Source: Antedon mediterranea
Taxonomy: Eukaryota; Animalia; Echinodermata
Length of the DNA: 64,000 bases
NCBI RefSeq assembly: GCF_964355755.1
Contig: NC_092673.1
Span: 24,425,648 to 24,489,647, forward strand
Direction: 5' to 3'
Part shown: positions 12,580 through 26,100 of the stretch, piece by piece
Numbering within the stretch: position 1 is the first letter of the stretch
Layout of the letters: each line of letters begins with the position of its first letter
The notes under the pieces: model-generated
Told to the model about the DNA's origin: nothing
The model's input: only the letters and a program-made list of their open reading frames with translations
Database searches by the model: none
Made by a program: the position numbers and the translations under genes

Positions 12580-14067
12580 TTAAGAGTCCTCCTTAAGTTG
12601 CGTTCGCATCATCAAGCCCGGATCCGGTGTGCCGGAAGAAAAATGGGGCCGCGTTGCGTTAATTTAAGCAGTACTTCTTTACATTCAAAACACATAACAC
12701 ATAAGCCTAACACAATTGATTGTGTTTATATGTTTAATAATAAAGAATACAAAAGGTAATTACAATATGTATACCGTATTTATATACAATAATATAAAAT
12801 AAAGGTGAAAGCATCTACGTTGATATAAAGCATTATATACATTTAACAAATCATATTTGAATTAAATTAGTTTAATTTTTTAAATAAATATTCAGAACAT
12901 AACTTTATACCAATAACGTGTTTGGGTTTTTATAATATTCAATAATACCGAAAATCCCATTAGTGTTTTCTTCCTTAGCAGCCATTCTTTTCCAAAAATG
13001 TCTAAGCTCTTTAACAAACCTCGATCCCCTGCACTCTGAAAATCAATGGAACCACCATCCCCGCCTCCCGAAGGTCACCTCATACCAAACCAACCCAGCC
13101 CAATGAATAAAATAATTCATTTAATCTCATCCAACTCCCCCTTCCCCTCCCCATGAGTATGTCGTAAGAATACAATACAATAACAACAAGTTCGTAGATA
13201 ACCTTATAACTGCCATTTTAAGAATTAGTAAATGAAGTAGGCCTACGCCCGTATCGTTGCTGTACATTAAATCGAGGACGATATTTTTTTGTTTTGTATA
13301 TCGTCTAATTTGAAATTAATCTATTAAGAATTCAGGGAGACTTACTTACATTAGATGTTTAACTTAAACCCTTATAACAATAGCCTACACTAATTGAACG
13401 TTATCGCCAAATAACGTTACTTTTTAGGCCATCAGCTGCAAGTATAGGCATAAAGTATAAACACAAAAGGGCTACAAATATAATGTGTTTAATACACTAA
13501 ACAACACATAAAACGTCATCACAAATATGCATAAATCTAAATTATACAACGGAATTATATAGCTACAATATAATACATAAATATATTACCATAAATTACC
13601 TACAATCCAATTAATTTTCAAAAATATATTTCTAATTCTATAGGTATAGAGTAGCAATAGACCAGTATGCCCACAATTACTGTAAGTCTAAAATTAAAAG
13701 GAAAAACTAGATATGGTTTTGTTATAAAATTTTATTTATGTTATGTTTTTTTTAAATATTCGTTTTGTTAGTTTCCATGAGTTCAACTATATTTTTATCT
13801 TGCAGTATAAATTGTTTCTGACCACAAAGGACGTTTTGACGATCTCAAACTGCTCAACTGAAAATATGGTACGAATTTTTGTTTCTTCTAAAATTGTTAT
13901 AAATGGACACTTAAAAAAATTCAAGTTGAAATGAACTTGTTCTTGGAATTGTCCACAATGTTTGGTTTTTTCAATACACTGTGCATTACCAACGTTGACT
14001 CGTGAAAAACGTCTGGTTGAAAGACCATCAACTTAGTACAAAGTTTTGCAACGCTTGTTGGCGCTGT

Positions 14068-14111
14068 TCACGGAATTGCCTTGGTTAATTCGCATACATC
14101 TCCTTGATAGC
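14068..14111 (-). CDS. EGF gene last coding exon (G)[13 protein letters not shown]
   Basis: Acceptor tttcactag, phase 1; supplies Cys6 of EGF35, then TGA; AATAAA on the minus strand at 13736-13731. Confidence 0.85.
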
Positions 14112-17100
14112 CTAGTGAAATAAAAAGCATTACATTTTGTTATTTGACAATATTACTAATACAGCAATACATCGTAATTATACAGTTATGTTATTAGTAT
14201 TATAAGATAAAATTACTTTATTATTATGTTATACGACATCAATTTTGACTCTAATACTGTAAAAGTTAAAACGCAGCAAGGCCTAGGCTAAAACATTGAA
14301 TAGGAATTTTGTATTCATGTGTAAGAAAATTGGGTAGGTTATTAAATTGATTGTAACACGGACACGATAGGTGCAGGCTACACTGAAAAAGAAAAATGCA
14401 TCGTACCGTTTCGACAAATACATCTAAATCCGTTAATTTCCGCCACACAGTCTCCTCCATTTAAACATGGAAAACTCAGACAATAGTCGATTATATTTTC
14501 ACAGAACTGTCCGTCATATCCCGGCATGCACCTGCAATCATATCCATCCAATGTATTAACGCACTGGCCACAGTGCAAACACGGTGATGAAACGCATGAA
14601 TCTACGTATTTTACGTCACACAGTTCACCCGTGAAACCATACGAACACGCACATTCGAAATTCCCGCCCATTTTTAGTTTACACACTCCGTGGTTATTAC
14701 ACGGGTTTGATAGACAAGGGTCTTGGATTTCTGCACATCCTAGCCCTCCATATCCGGGCATACAGATACACCTGTACCCCGCGACCTGATCTACACAAAT
14801 TGCTCCGTTGGTACATGGCTTGTTCTTGCACTCATCATTGTTCATTTCACATCTCGAGCCTGAAAATCCTGGACCGCACGAACAATGATATGAATTTACA
14901 CCATCGATGCAGTTACCATAAAAACATGGATTTGATGCGCATTCGTCAATATTCATTGCGCATGTCTTACCAGTGAATCCAGATTGGCAATCACACGTGA
15001 AATTTCCATGCTGTGAGCTACAATCGCCACCATTTTGGCATGGTTGACTTGCACACGCGTCGATCCAGTGTTTGCAATTTTCACCGTAGTTATTACTCAA
15101 ACAAAGACACTTATAACCGTTGAATTTGTCAATACACGTCCCACCGTTAATACAAGGGTTGCCAGCGCATTCGTCTACCTGTAATTCGCATAGTTCACCA
15201 GTCGTGCCCGATTCGCATAAACAGATAAAACCATTAACAAGATCTTTACAGACACCAGAATTACGACAAGGATTGGATGCACACTCATCGAGGTCGACCG
15301 CACAATATCGTCCTTTGAATCCTTTTTGGCATCTGCACGAATACGTCCCAACTTTATCAACACACCTTCCTCCGTGCAGGCAAGGCGACGAGGCACATTC
15401 ATTTATATTTACTTCACAATTTTCTCCAGTGAAACCTTTAGCGCAGGAACAAGAATAACCATTCACACTGTCCTCGCACCTGCCACCATGTTGGCACGGG
15501 TTGCTCCTACATTCGAAGACTTCAGCCTCACAATGCTGGCCTTCGAATCCAGCAACACAAATACATTCATATCCGCTGACATGCTCAACGCAAGAGCCGT
15601 TGTTAAGACACGGAGCTGAGCCGCACTCAAGAATTTCCAACTCACAATGTCGCCCTTCAAATCCATCTGCGCATATACAGACGTAGTGGTTTACACGGTC
15701 AATGCAGGTAGAATTGATGGCACATGGATTAGAGGCACATTCATTAATATCATCATCACACGTATCGCCTATAAAGCCCGCCGGACAGACGCAGATAAAC
15801 GTATCGTTACCGTCGACACATTTGCCTCCATTTATACAAGGTAAACTTTTGCATTCATTGATATTCAACTGACAGTTTGATCCTTCGAAGCCGCTTTGAC
15901 ATTGGCATGTATATCCCACACCTTTATCAAGTATGCACAGACCACCATTTTCACATGGATCAGAATTGCAGAAGTTAACATCCAATTCGCAGACGACACC
16001 TTCAAAAGCGGACGGACAAATACATCTGAAACCATTCACTTCGTTGATACACTCGGCGTCATGTAGACAAGGGGAGCTATGACATTCGTTTATGTCATGT
16101 TTGCAAGTAAGACCGTGATAGCCTGGCGAAGAAAATAATTTAAAGATATTAGGTAAGTGTTTGTTGCAAACATGTACTCTCTGCCTGACTCCGGACCGTG
16201 ACAAGACAGGAAAATATCATAACTTTTTCCAATAATACGTCATCGCGCTTCATGCATATTCAAATATTTCGTTAAGAAGAACTTCCACTAACCTGGGTTG
16301 CAGTAGCATGTGTATCCATTGTTTCCATCGATGCAGACGCCGTGGTTACAAGGACTGCTCTGGCATTCATTGACGTCTTCCTGGCAGTATTGTCCGACAA
16401 ACCCAGGCTGACACCTACATAGACGTTGGCCGCTGTTGTAGTAGCAGATGCCGTTGTTCTTGCAAGGGTCGTTGATGCAGCTGTCTGTATCGTTTTGGCA
16501 AGTTTCACCAGTAAAACCAGTTTCGCAAAGGCACTGGAAATCATTGACCTGTTAAAAAATTAGTGACATAATTACTTGAGTTATAATGAAACACGGAATG
16601 TAGATTAATATTGATTAGATCTGTAGTGTGACCATCTTCCTCTTCCCTTTCCCCATCATCATCACCACCACCGGCAACGTTGGTGCTGGCAGTGACGTAA
16701 CGGCTATGAGCGCTTCGAAAAGGCTAAACGTCTTAGGCCTCCAGCGTGGGAACTTGGAGAGCCACTTATGTTTCCTAAACCAGGGGCCTCAGACCTCTGA
16801 GTTACGTCACTGGGTGCTGGTCCTGATGTACCGTAAGTCAAGTGTCAACTATTTTAGAGTATTGTAACAGTGGTGGCGTGATGAATTTACTCACATGGCT
16901 TTAAATCGATTATTTCTTTGGCAGAAGAAACACTTTTGTTTTTAGCAAGATTACGTAACTGGTTTTGTTTAATAACTTACCTTGTCTACGCAAGTAGCTC
17001 CATTAAAGCACGGTTCCTGGAAGCAGTCATCAATATTGACGTCACACGTGTTACCAGTGTACCCCGCTTTACAGAAACAACTGAATGAATTGACCGCTGT

Positions 17101-20100
17101 GGAAAACAGATATTTTTTTCAATTATATTGAATACTTTTATTCAACAAAATTTTAAGGACGTATATAAGTCAGAGAAATCACAGTTTTTTCGCTATCGCC
17201 TTTAAATTTCACGTACAAGCTTATCCATGTAGTTTGGTCAGCTACTTCATCGATAGGATATCGGTACTTATTAATTCATTGTTACTTATTAATTAATCGA
17301 TTATTAATTCATCTATATTTATTAATTCATCGATATGTTTTCATTCATCGATACTTAATAAATAAACCTATTTAGTTGGAAATCCACGTAAATCACACAT
17401 TATGCACCCGGGTTTTCATTTTTAAAACTTTATGATAATGCCCTATAAGCCCAAGTAGATTTTATTTCCTTCATATTAAAGAACCCTGTTGAAACTTATC
17501 CCTATTAGAAATTTAATACAATACTTTATGTCGGGTTTATCAACTATGTGTGGTTTCAACACAAGTGTTCTATTAAAGGCCTCATGATTCATGGATTCTT
17601 TTCCATGCGAATTTGATTTTGGAAAGCTTTTAATCCAATTATTAGACTAGCAAACGTTTGTCATGTTCACACACTTGAATATTATTACACGTCACAGTTA
17701 AACCACACGTGTTTGTAGTACTATACCCCAGCGGACAAGGATCAATTGGATTTCTAATCCACTGTTGTATCTGATAAGTTTCAATCTCGTTCTTGAATAC
17801 AAAGCATTGAGAAACTTTCTCCATGGTTTAAGCAATATGCGCGCCTACCTAATTAAAATAACGTAAGTATTGTGATTTATTGCATGATTAGGACGGTTCC
17901 ACAGTGTGATATGCCCAAATATGGTAGTGATACGACATCATCATGTCCATATATGGGCACATCACACTAGTTTGATAGTGTAGACTGAGCGTCTTGGTAA
18001 AGTTGCTCCTTGATTTCATTCCTCTTTGTTATGGAAGGTCTCTAAAGCTCAAACTTTATGTGAAAAAAATATGTGATGTGCCAATATATGATCACAATGA
18101 TGTCATAAATATCATCATAACCATAAATGTTGTCATATTACTACCATATTTGGGCATATCACTACCACATTTGGGAACATCACCCTTTTTGAATCAAACT
18201 AGATTGATAGTGTAGACAGAGCTTAAATTGATACAATAGAACTCATATTAAAAAGACACCTACGGGACATATGCCCCCAACATAATTAGCTCTTGTACCA
18301 AAACTATTTTTCTTTCTAATTCCACGGCGAAGTAATTTAGTATAGAAGTGTCCCTGAATGGGTTTAATTAAAAAGGGGTTCTAGTTATACCATAAATGAA
18401 GTTTTATTTTACCTTTCCATTTAGCTCAATCCATTGGATAATAGGCCTACAGTATTTAAGTGCTAAATTACAATGATACAACAATTATCCATATAAAAAT
18501 AGGTACCATGCTATTATTATTATTATTTTGATCTCATCAAAAGTAATGATTGATATCAAAAATATTATTGCAAAAGATTTCCTGTGAATTATATATTTAG
18601 ATTAAGATTAACTGCTATCTGACGTCACGCAAGCATCTTTCACTTTAACAATATAAAACATACGTTATAATTATCGCAAATAACCTGAAATTGATCGGTC
18701 GAATTTTATCATGTCACGCAGTATCGCTGGGGAGAGGGTTTACACTTTCTTACAGCATACACAGCTCTGGCTACACTATCAAACTAATTTGACAAAAAAC
18801 TGTGATGTGCACAAATATAATAGTGATATACCCAAATATGGTAGTGATATGACATCATAATGTTTTGTCACATAAAGTTTGATAGTGTAGGCAGCTTAAG
18901 CATACACACAGTGGCGTAACGGCTATGAGTGCTCACTGGCTTAACCTAGGGGCCCCGTATCTTATGGGGGCCTCTGAGCAGTGTCCAGAGGAAAAAAACA
19001 AGCATTAAATATGTCGAAAAGGTCTAAAAACACACGAGGCCTCCATCGTTGGAGGGCCACTTGGGTTTCCTAAGCCAGATGGACTCGGGCCTCTGCGTTA
19101 CGCCACTGCATACACGCCATAATATTTCATACTGAAAGCGTCTTGATTTAAAACACGGTTAATTTTAAATGTTTTTTTTAATGTTTTGATAATTGACATT
19201 AATCTACCACGTGCCATTACACAAATTTGATTCAAACAACATAAAACGAAAATGAAAATTTACAATCAAGTTTTGGAAGATAAAAAACTGACCCAAAACA
19301 TAATAATTGGGTTCAGGGAAATTTCGTAAATTGACTTTAATATTTTTAAATCGTGAAGCCTATTTATTGCAATTATTATTTGTAATAATAAATTATTTTA
19401 GAATTTAATGATACTTATATTAATAACCAAAACATGAAAGCTATAGGCTAAAGTCGAAATCTTGTAAAACCCATTTTCATCTTAAATGATACACGAAAAG
19501 ATATTTCTCAAAAATTATTAATAGAATGGAGCAAATAAAGATATCTTTTACTTTCAATTTGAATTGTTTAGCTTAGAGATTAAAACATCGTAACAATGTT
19601 TGTATACTGAAAACGTCACAGCTTAATAAAAGCTACCAGCGGTACGCGACGAGATATTGGTCAATAAGTTTCGCGTACTTCTTGCTTCAATTGCGTCCTA
19701 GTGTAAACCAAGCGTTACATTTAAATATTAAGACTTGGAAAAATATTTTAGGCACCTATTTCTCAATGCGGTTAAGGTAATACATTTGATTTCAACATGT
19801 GCCTATCACATATGTGAGTAATCCGCACACCGATAACATCTTACAAAATTACCTGAAATCCCCTTGCGTCAGATATTAAAGTTTAAAGAACCGCTCAGCC
19901 AATGAGCGATTAGGACAATGTACATCGATGAGTTGTCCAACACAACGAATAACAAACACTCACTGTGATTGGTTAATATAATAACAAACTATAGTCTATC
20001 TTTAGTTTACACATTGTTTTGTTGTCTGAATTTGTGCTGAGAGTGTTTGTTGAAACTTTTTTTGTTACCAGGGGAGTTTCTGGTGTTCTGCACAAGGGAA

Positions 20101-23100
20101 TATGAGCATGGGAATTCGGTTTATGAGTTCACGTAAACACGCTTGTAATTTGTGTTGACAATGCGATGACAGAGAGAGTAATGATTTCAGAACCGACATT
20201 TCATTAATTGTATATGTGTTTTGCATTACTACGCACTTTCACTAGCAGGCTAAACCGACTAATGTCAAACCTAGTGTACCGTACTTCAAACCTTTCTTTC
20301 AATTATGTTCTTGTGATCTGTAGTTAGTTAATTTTATAGTTTAACCGGTTTTTTGGTTTTATAGTTTTCATTCTAGTTAAATCCATTTGATATTATCAAT
20401 TAGATTTATGGTTTTATTATTTTATTGTTTCTATTTTATAAAAAAAAGTGAAAGAACCCATTTTTAAATAATATCATTAAGTGTATTTAAAATACACAAT
20501 CAATCAAATACATCTTTGTCATGGGCCTAATCGATAACTTTTTAAAATTTAAAAAACCGACATAGAATTGTTTTATCATAGCTTTTTAAAAACCTCGTTC
20601 ACAATTAAAATATCTAAATTCAAATTATTTACGACATGAGGATAGTAGTTTGAAGAAGTTTGAAAATGCATTAATTCATAGCTAAAGGAATGGGCAAGGT
20701 GAAAATTAATACAGATTAAAACAATAAAATCATAATAGGCCTACCTTGTAAACACGTAGCACCATTTTCACACGGATTACTTGCACATTCGTCGTCATCA
20801 GTTCCACAGTGTGACCCAGAATAACCTTTGACACATTCACAATGGTACCCGTTCACACGATCCAAACACGTTCCGCCATTTCTGCACGGAGATGATGAAC
20901 ATTCATTTATATTAACTTGACAGATCCTTCCACTGAAACCAACGGTGCATTCACACGAGAAACGAGCAGATTCATCTATACATACTCCATCATTTAAGCA
21001 AGGATTCGATTCACACTCATTTGAATCCAACTCGCATAGTTCACCATGGAAACCTTGAAGGCATGCACATGTGAACGAATTTACAGAGTCTACGCAGATG
21101 CCGCCATTTTGACACGGGCTAGATTCACATTCATCGATAAAACTTTCACACAAAACTCCAGTGAATCCAAAAGGACATGTACAGTAGAAGCTCCCAGGTA
21201 CGTTTGTACATAAGCCTCCGTTCATACACGGTCTGATTACACACTCGTCAACATCATTTGCGCATGATCTACCGGTAAATCCAAGCGAACATTTACATTG
21301 GAAGTCCGTTTCCTTGTTTATACATGTACCACCGTGTAAACACGGGTCTGGTGAACATCTATTAAGTGATATTTCACACGTCTTTCCTTTTAAACCATGT
21401 GGACATATGCAAACAAAACTTTCTAACAGGCTAACGCATGTACCGTTATTCAAACATGGCATCACATGACAATAATCAATAGCAATGTCACATAGATCCC
21501 CGGTAAATCCTGGTAAGCAATCACAAGAAAACGCGTTTTTAAGATCGTTACACGTTCCGTAAACGCATGGCCCACTTGAACATTCATTTGTATGCGTTCC
21601 GCAGTGTTTGCCCGTAAATCCAGGTGGACATTCGCAAATGTAATCGCCGATTTGGTCGACGCACGTAGCACCATTTCTGCATTGATCGCGTAGGCATTCG
21701 TTTATCTCGCTTTCGCACCACTGTCCAGTGTAACCCGTCTTGCATATACAACTAAATGATCCTTCATCCTGTTTAATACACGTTGATCCTTTTTGACACG
21801 GTTCTGCAGCGCACGGATCATAACTGTCAACATCACAATTTTTCCCGCCATAATTCTGTGGACAGTTACATTCATAATCCCCTTCTAAATCCAAGCAGAG
21901 CCCATTATTTTTGCAAGGGTTACTTTCGCATTCGTTGAAATCATATTCACATGATTTTCCATAGAAACCCAGCGGACATCTACATGCATAATCATTCAAC
22001 AGGTCAACACATGTACCTCCATGACTACATGGATTTGGCAGACAATCATCCACATTGCGTTGACATCTAACTCCACGAAAACCGAACGAACACAGACAAG
22101 TAAACGAGTTCGTGCCATCTACACATAAAGCCCCATTCATACAGGGGTTACTTTTACATTCGTCTACTTGACTATCACAGTATTTTCCTTCGAATCCAAC
22201 TGGACAAGAACATCGGAATCCACGTTTGCCTTCTACGCACTCTCCACCATTCTGACACGGGACGTCACCACATCGACTATCCAGCTTCTGATTGCAAGTG
22301 GTTCCTGACCAACCATCAATACATTCGCATTTAAAATAGTCAAGACCATCTGTACAAATACCGCCATTCCTACATGGGTTTGAACTGCATTCATTCTTCG
22401 TACGTTCGCAAAATGTTCCTGTGGAAGATTTAAGTAAAGTAACAGCATGGAGAAATAAGTTAGGATCTCCATGGTAACAGTGACCACTATTGTAATATAC
22501 TTTTAAAACTCTTACCAACAAGGAGGAAAATGTTTGTTCTTCATGTTACCAATGAACTTCCTTCTATTTTCCCCAGGTTTTACTTAATGAATTGGCACAA
22601 TACAGTACCATCTCTTTCTCACTCGTCATTACCAGGCGCAAACTTACCAATAAACCCAGGTGAGCAGTGACAGAAGAACTTCCCTGCAAAACCTCTCTGG
22701 CACAGTCCGCCGTTCATGCATGGCTCGCTGGCGCACTCTTCCACCTCCTCCTCACAGTGTTTACCCGAGTAACCAGGTAAACATAAACATCTGTAATCTC
22801 TGGTAAGATCCTACAAATCAAATATTCACAATTAAATCACCTTTTTAAAATTTGTAAAGCCCCTATTACAAGGGGAACCTCCGGGACACAATAAAATGGC
22901 CCCTAATTGGGAGTCGCCTATATCGGAGTTGGCTGATAACATAACATTATATCATTTCTCAGGAAAAAATGTCCCCTTTAAGGTTGTCACCTGAATGTTA
23001 TGTGTAAAAGTCCTACTATTATTGTTTTTGGCTGTGTATTTTACGAGGAAATGGTTACGTTCTGTTTTTGAGATAATAATTCACATGTTGGAATTTTCAT

Positions 23101-26100
23101 AGAGGTACATTCGAGGTTTTATATATAGGCCTAGATTCCGAAGAAAAAGTATATTTGCACCCCAGGCAACACATGAGAAAATTGATAACAAATACATTTC
23201 GACTTACTTGACAGTTTGCACCATTTTTACAAGGATTTGGTAAACACTCATTTATATCTGCAAAATAGAAAAGTTTTTGGCAGGCCTTGTTAACAAAAGT
23301 AATATTTATTAACCAATAAATAAGATAGGAGAGTTCATTTAGAGTCTTTCTATTCTGGTGAATATTTTATAATAACAAAATTATTATATTGTCGTCTTAT
23401 ATGCCGGTTGTTAACCTTGCAACAATAAATAGGCTACATGCCCGGTTACATTTTTAATCAATCTTTCATCATGATTTTTATGGTTTTTAGACATAGGCTT
23501 ATATTTGTGGAGAGATGTTTGTATAAACTTCTTCTGAGAAAGTACTAAAACCATGTGAAAATGACTCATGCAAATTGTATAATAGAATTATTCCACAATC
23601 GAAACACAAACTTCGTTAAAATGTATTATTTCCTTACACATGCTTAAGAATTCAACAGAGCAAATTAATGTTGTCTGTATACATTGCATATACAGCAACA
23701 CTCGGCACAGACACGTCTATTTTCCCTAATGAGAACAAGCCTAATGTGCTTGATACAGCTAGTGCTATGAATTAAGATAATGAAATAAACCCGCTGTATT
23801 GTAATGTTTGATTTTATTTTATTAAAAAGTGACTAATCGCTTTGATATCATTTGTCTGAAACAACGTTTGTGTAATCGCCTACGGACGAGTAGTCAAAAA
23901 ATAATTAAAATACACCCCACTAGGCAAATGATATTAGTCATAATGTGTATTAGTTTTGTCATAATTCTGTGTTTGTTTAGGAAGTTCTGGTATTTTTGGG
24001 AAAATATGTCTGTAATCGTTAGGATGATTACAGATATAATAAAATATCCTCCACGGTTAAAATTATGTATGTGGTATATCTGGCTTACATTTTTTTTTTG
24101 TATTAAGAACCATCCGCATTTTTTAGGCCTAGAATGTGTCTTTCAAGATCATAGCATCTATATCTGTCATTACATGAAACAAAGTCATTTTCTACGATGT
24201 CTATCAGCGACAGAAAAGTTCAACTCCCATGAGTGCCTCTTCTTTGTTTAAAATGTCAACGACTTTTGGTGTAAAAATAGAACCTTGAAGAAAACGTCTT
24301 AAAAGATAGTTACAACCCCTCTTCGTATGTTTATAATTTGGCTTAAGCCTAATATAAATACATTATAAGCCCAGTGCCGTAGGAGAGCCTCATTGGGTTA
24401 ATCTTTCAAGATAATGCTTTATCTGTTCTATCTTTAGACCACATGGAAAGTTTGGTGTATTACGCGCCTATATTCATGATATTAAGTTGGAGATATTTCG
24501 AAAATATTTTAGAGGATTGGACGAGATATAATGGACATTTAAGTGCACTCAAGTTATTGAAACAAATGAGCGATTCGTCTTACGGTTCCGTAAAATATTA
24601 CACAGCATTTGTAAGAAGGGTGATGGTTAATATAGGCCACTTATGTAATTTTGAGTAATTTTTAAAAGCAAAATTCAAGCTATTTAGTGTCTTTAGGGTG
24701 TAAAATAATTAACAAAAATATGTTGCCATTTTTCTAAAAAATCTTTAGGGCTAATGCCATATGAGTTCTATACTATAAACCTTACATAAACCTACATGCA
24801 ACAGTATTCATCCATTTTGAATCTCAAAATGGCCGCCATTTGAGAAAAGGGTTAAAATCTACTTAAAAATTGTGTAGGCCTACTGTTAAATGACATATAG
24901 GTTTAAATCACATCTAATGATTAGGTAGCGATATGATTGTCTCCCATCAGTAATACAGTTTGTTTTTTTATATTAATTATTATTTCCACATTAAATCCAT
25001 AAAAAGAGTGGATCTATACTTTCGAAAATTTCGAAGGCTTACACACCACAGAGAGGAAAAACACAAAAACAAAGTCTATATGAGGTTACTCACCAGGAAT
25101 GCGATGTCTTCCTTTTAAACTATTTGACGTTTTTTTCTGAAAATATAATAACAACATGCATTTTCTTATTTGTGTTGACTGATTGATTTGCTGAGCAGTA
25201 TCGTACCGTAATCGTTATATTGCAGTAGGCCTACTTATCGATCATTAACAGACTATTAATTTTAATATTATATATATTTTTTAAAACTTATGATTTAAAA
25301 AAAAGACAACGAAAAAACTGAACATTTGACATTTGAAAGGCTTACTATGACCTCCCACAAGTGGAGCAAAAAATTACAAGATTAATAAGTAAAGATTATT
25401 AAGGATATGTTACGTAATTAAATTTCAAATAACAAGACATTTTAATTATTTTACATAGTTTTAAATACGCTTATATTGCTTTATCAGATATACGATAAGA
25501 TGTAACCTATTTGTTAGACGCATGGGAAGCCAATGTTTTGTTTAGTGATTTTAAACAGGTAATTTTTAAATGGGTTACAGGTGCTGATAAATAAAACTTT
25601 CTTTTTTATTCCAGTTCGATGACTTGATTTTCATAAAACAGTATAGGCATAAAAGGCGGTCCTACTACTGTAATATCATGTGTAAAGTATTAGGTAAAGT
25701 TATTTTATAGTAAGATGAGTGTATTAAATTTAGACTTGCAAATTACGCCCTCTCTAAAACTTTGGTTAACTAAAATAAAAATCAGTTACATGTAATATTG
25801 TTGTCGAAAAATAGAAATAGCATCTGTTTTTGTGCAGTCACGCCCTGAGGATTGAGCAACCATTCCCCCAGCTTCCCCTGATTATAGTAACCTGACACAT
25901 GTCCTCTGGTTGCGACACAATCCATTTAATTAGTATTAGGTCTCACACAAACCTATTATGTGGAAAGTGTATCGAGTTTAAATTACCTAAAAAGTACTAC
26001 TAGTATTTATATTGTCTAATCTGTACATACTTACCCTATTTGTCCTATGCCATGAGCCTAATGTCCCGGAAGCAAAGTAGAGGACAATACAACTAATTAT

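Noticed and set aside
14526-15844. Plus-strand and alternate-frame ORFs over the EGF exons (also 16272-16544, 21462-21674, 22233-22487)
   Set aside because: Shadow frames of the real EGF coding sequence.
16123-16204. N-terminal extension of the 608-aa ORF (likewise 22419-22521 of the 601-aa ORF) as independent gene starts
   Set aside because: Intronic read-through upstream of clear acceptors; the two ORFs are exons of one gene.
17642-17824. 60-aa Cys-containing ORF as an in-frame EGF-gene exon
   Set aside because: That frame is closed by TAA between the acceptor and the ATG and lacks EGF spacing; only the other frame is kept as a tentative finding.
23829-24251. 140-aa ORF and the other short AT-rich ORFs in the track
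   Set aside because: No recognisable domain or splice support; composition typical of non-coding AT-rich DNA.
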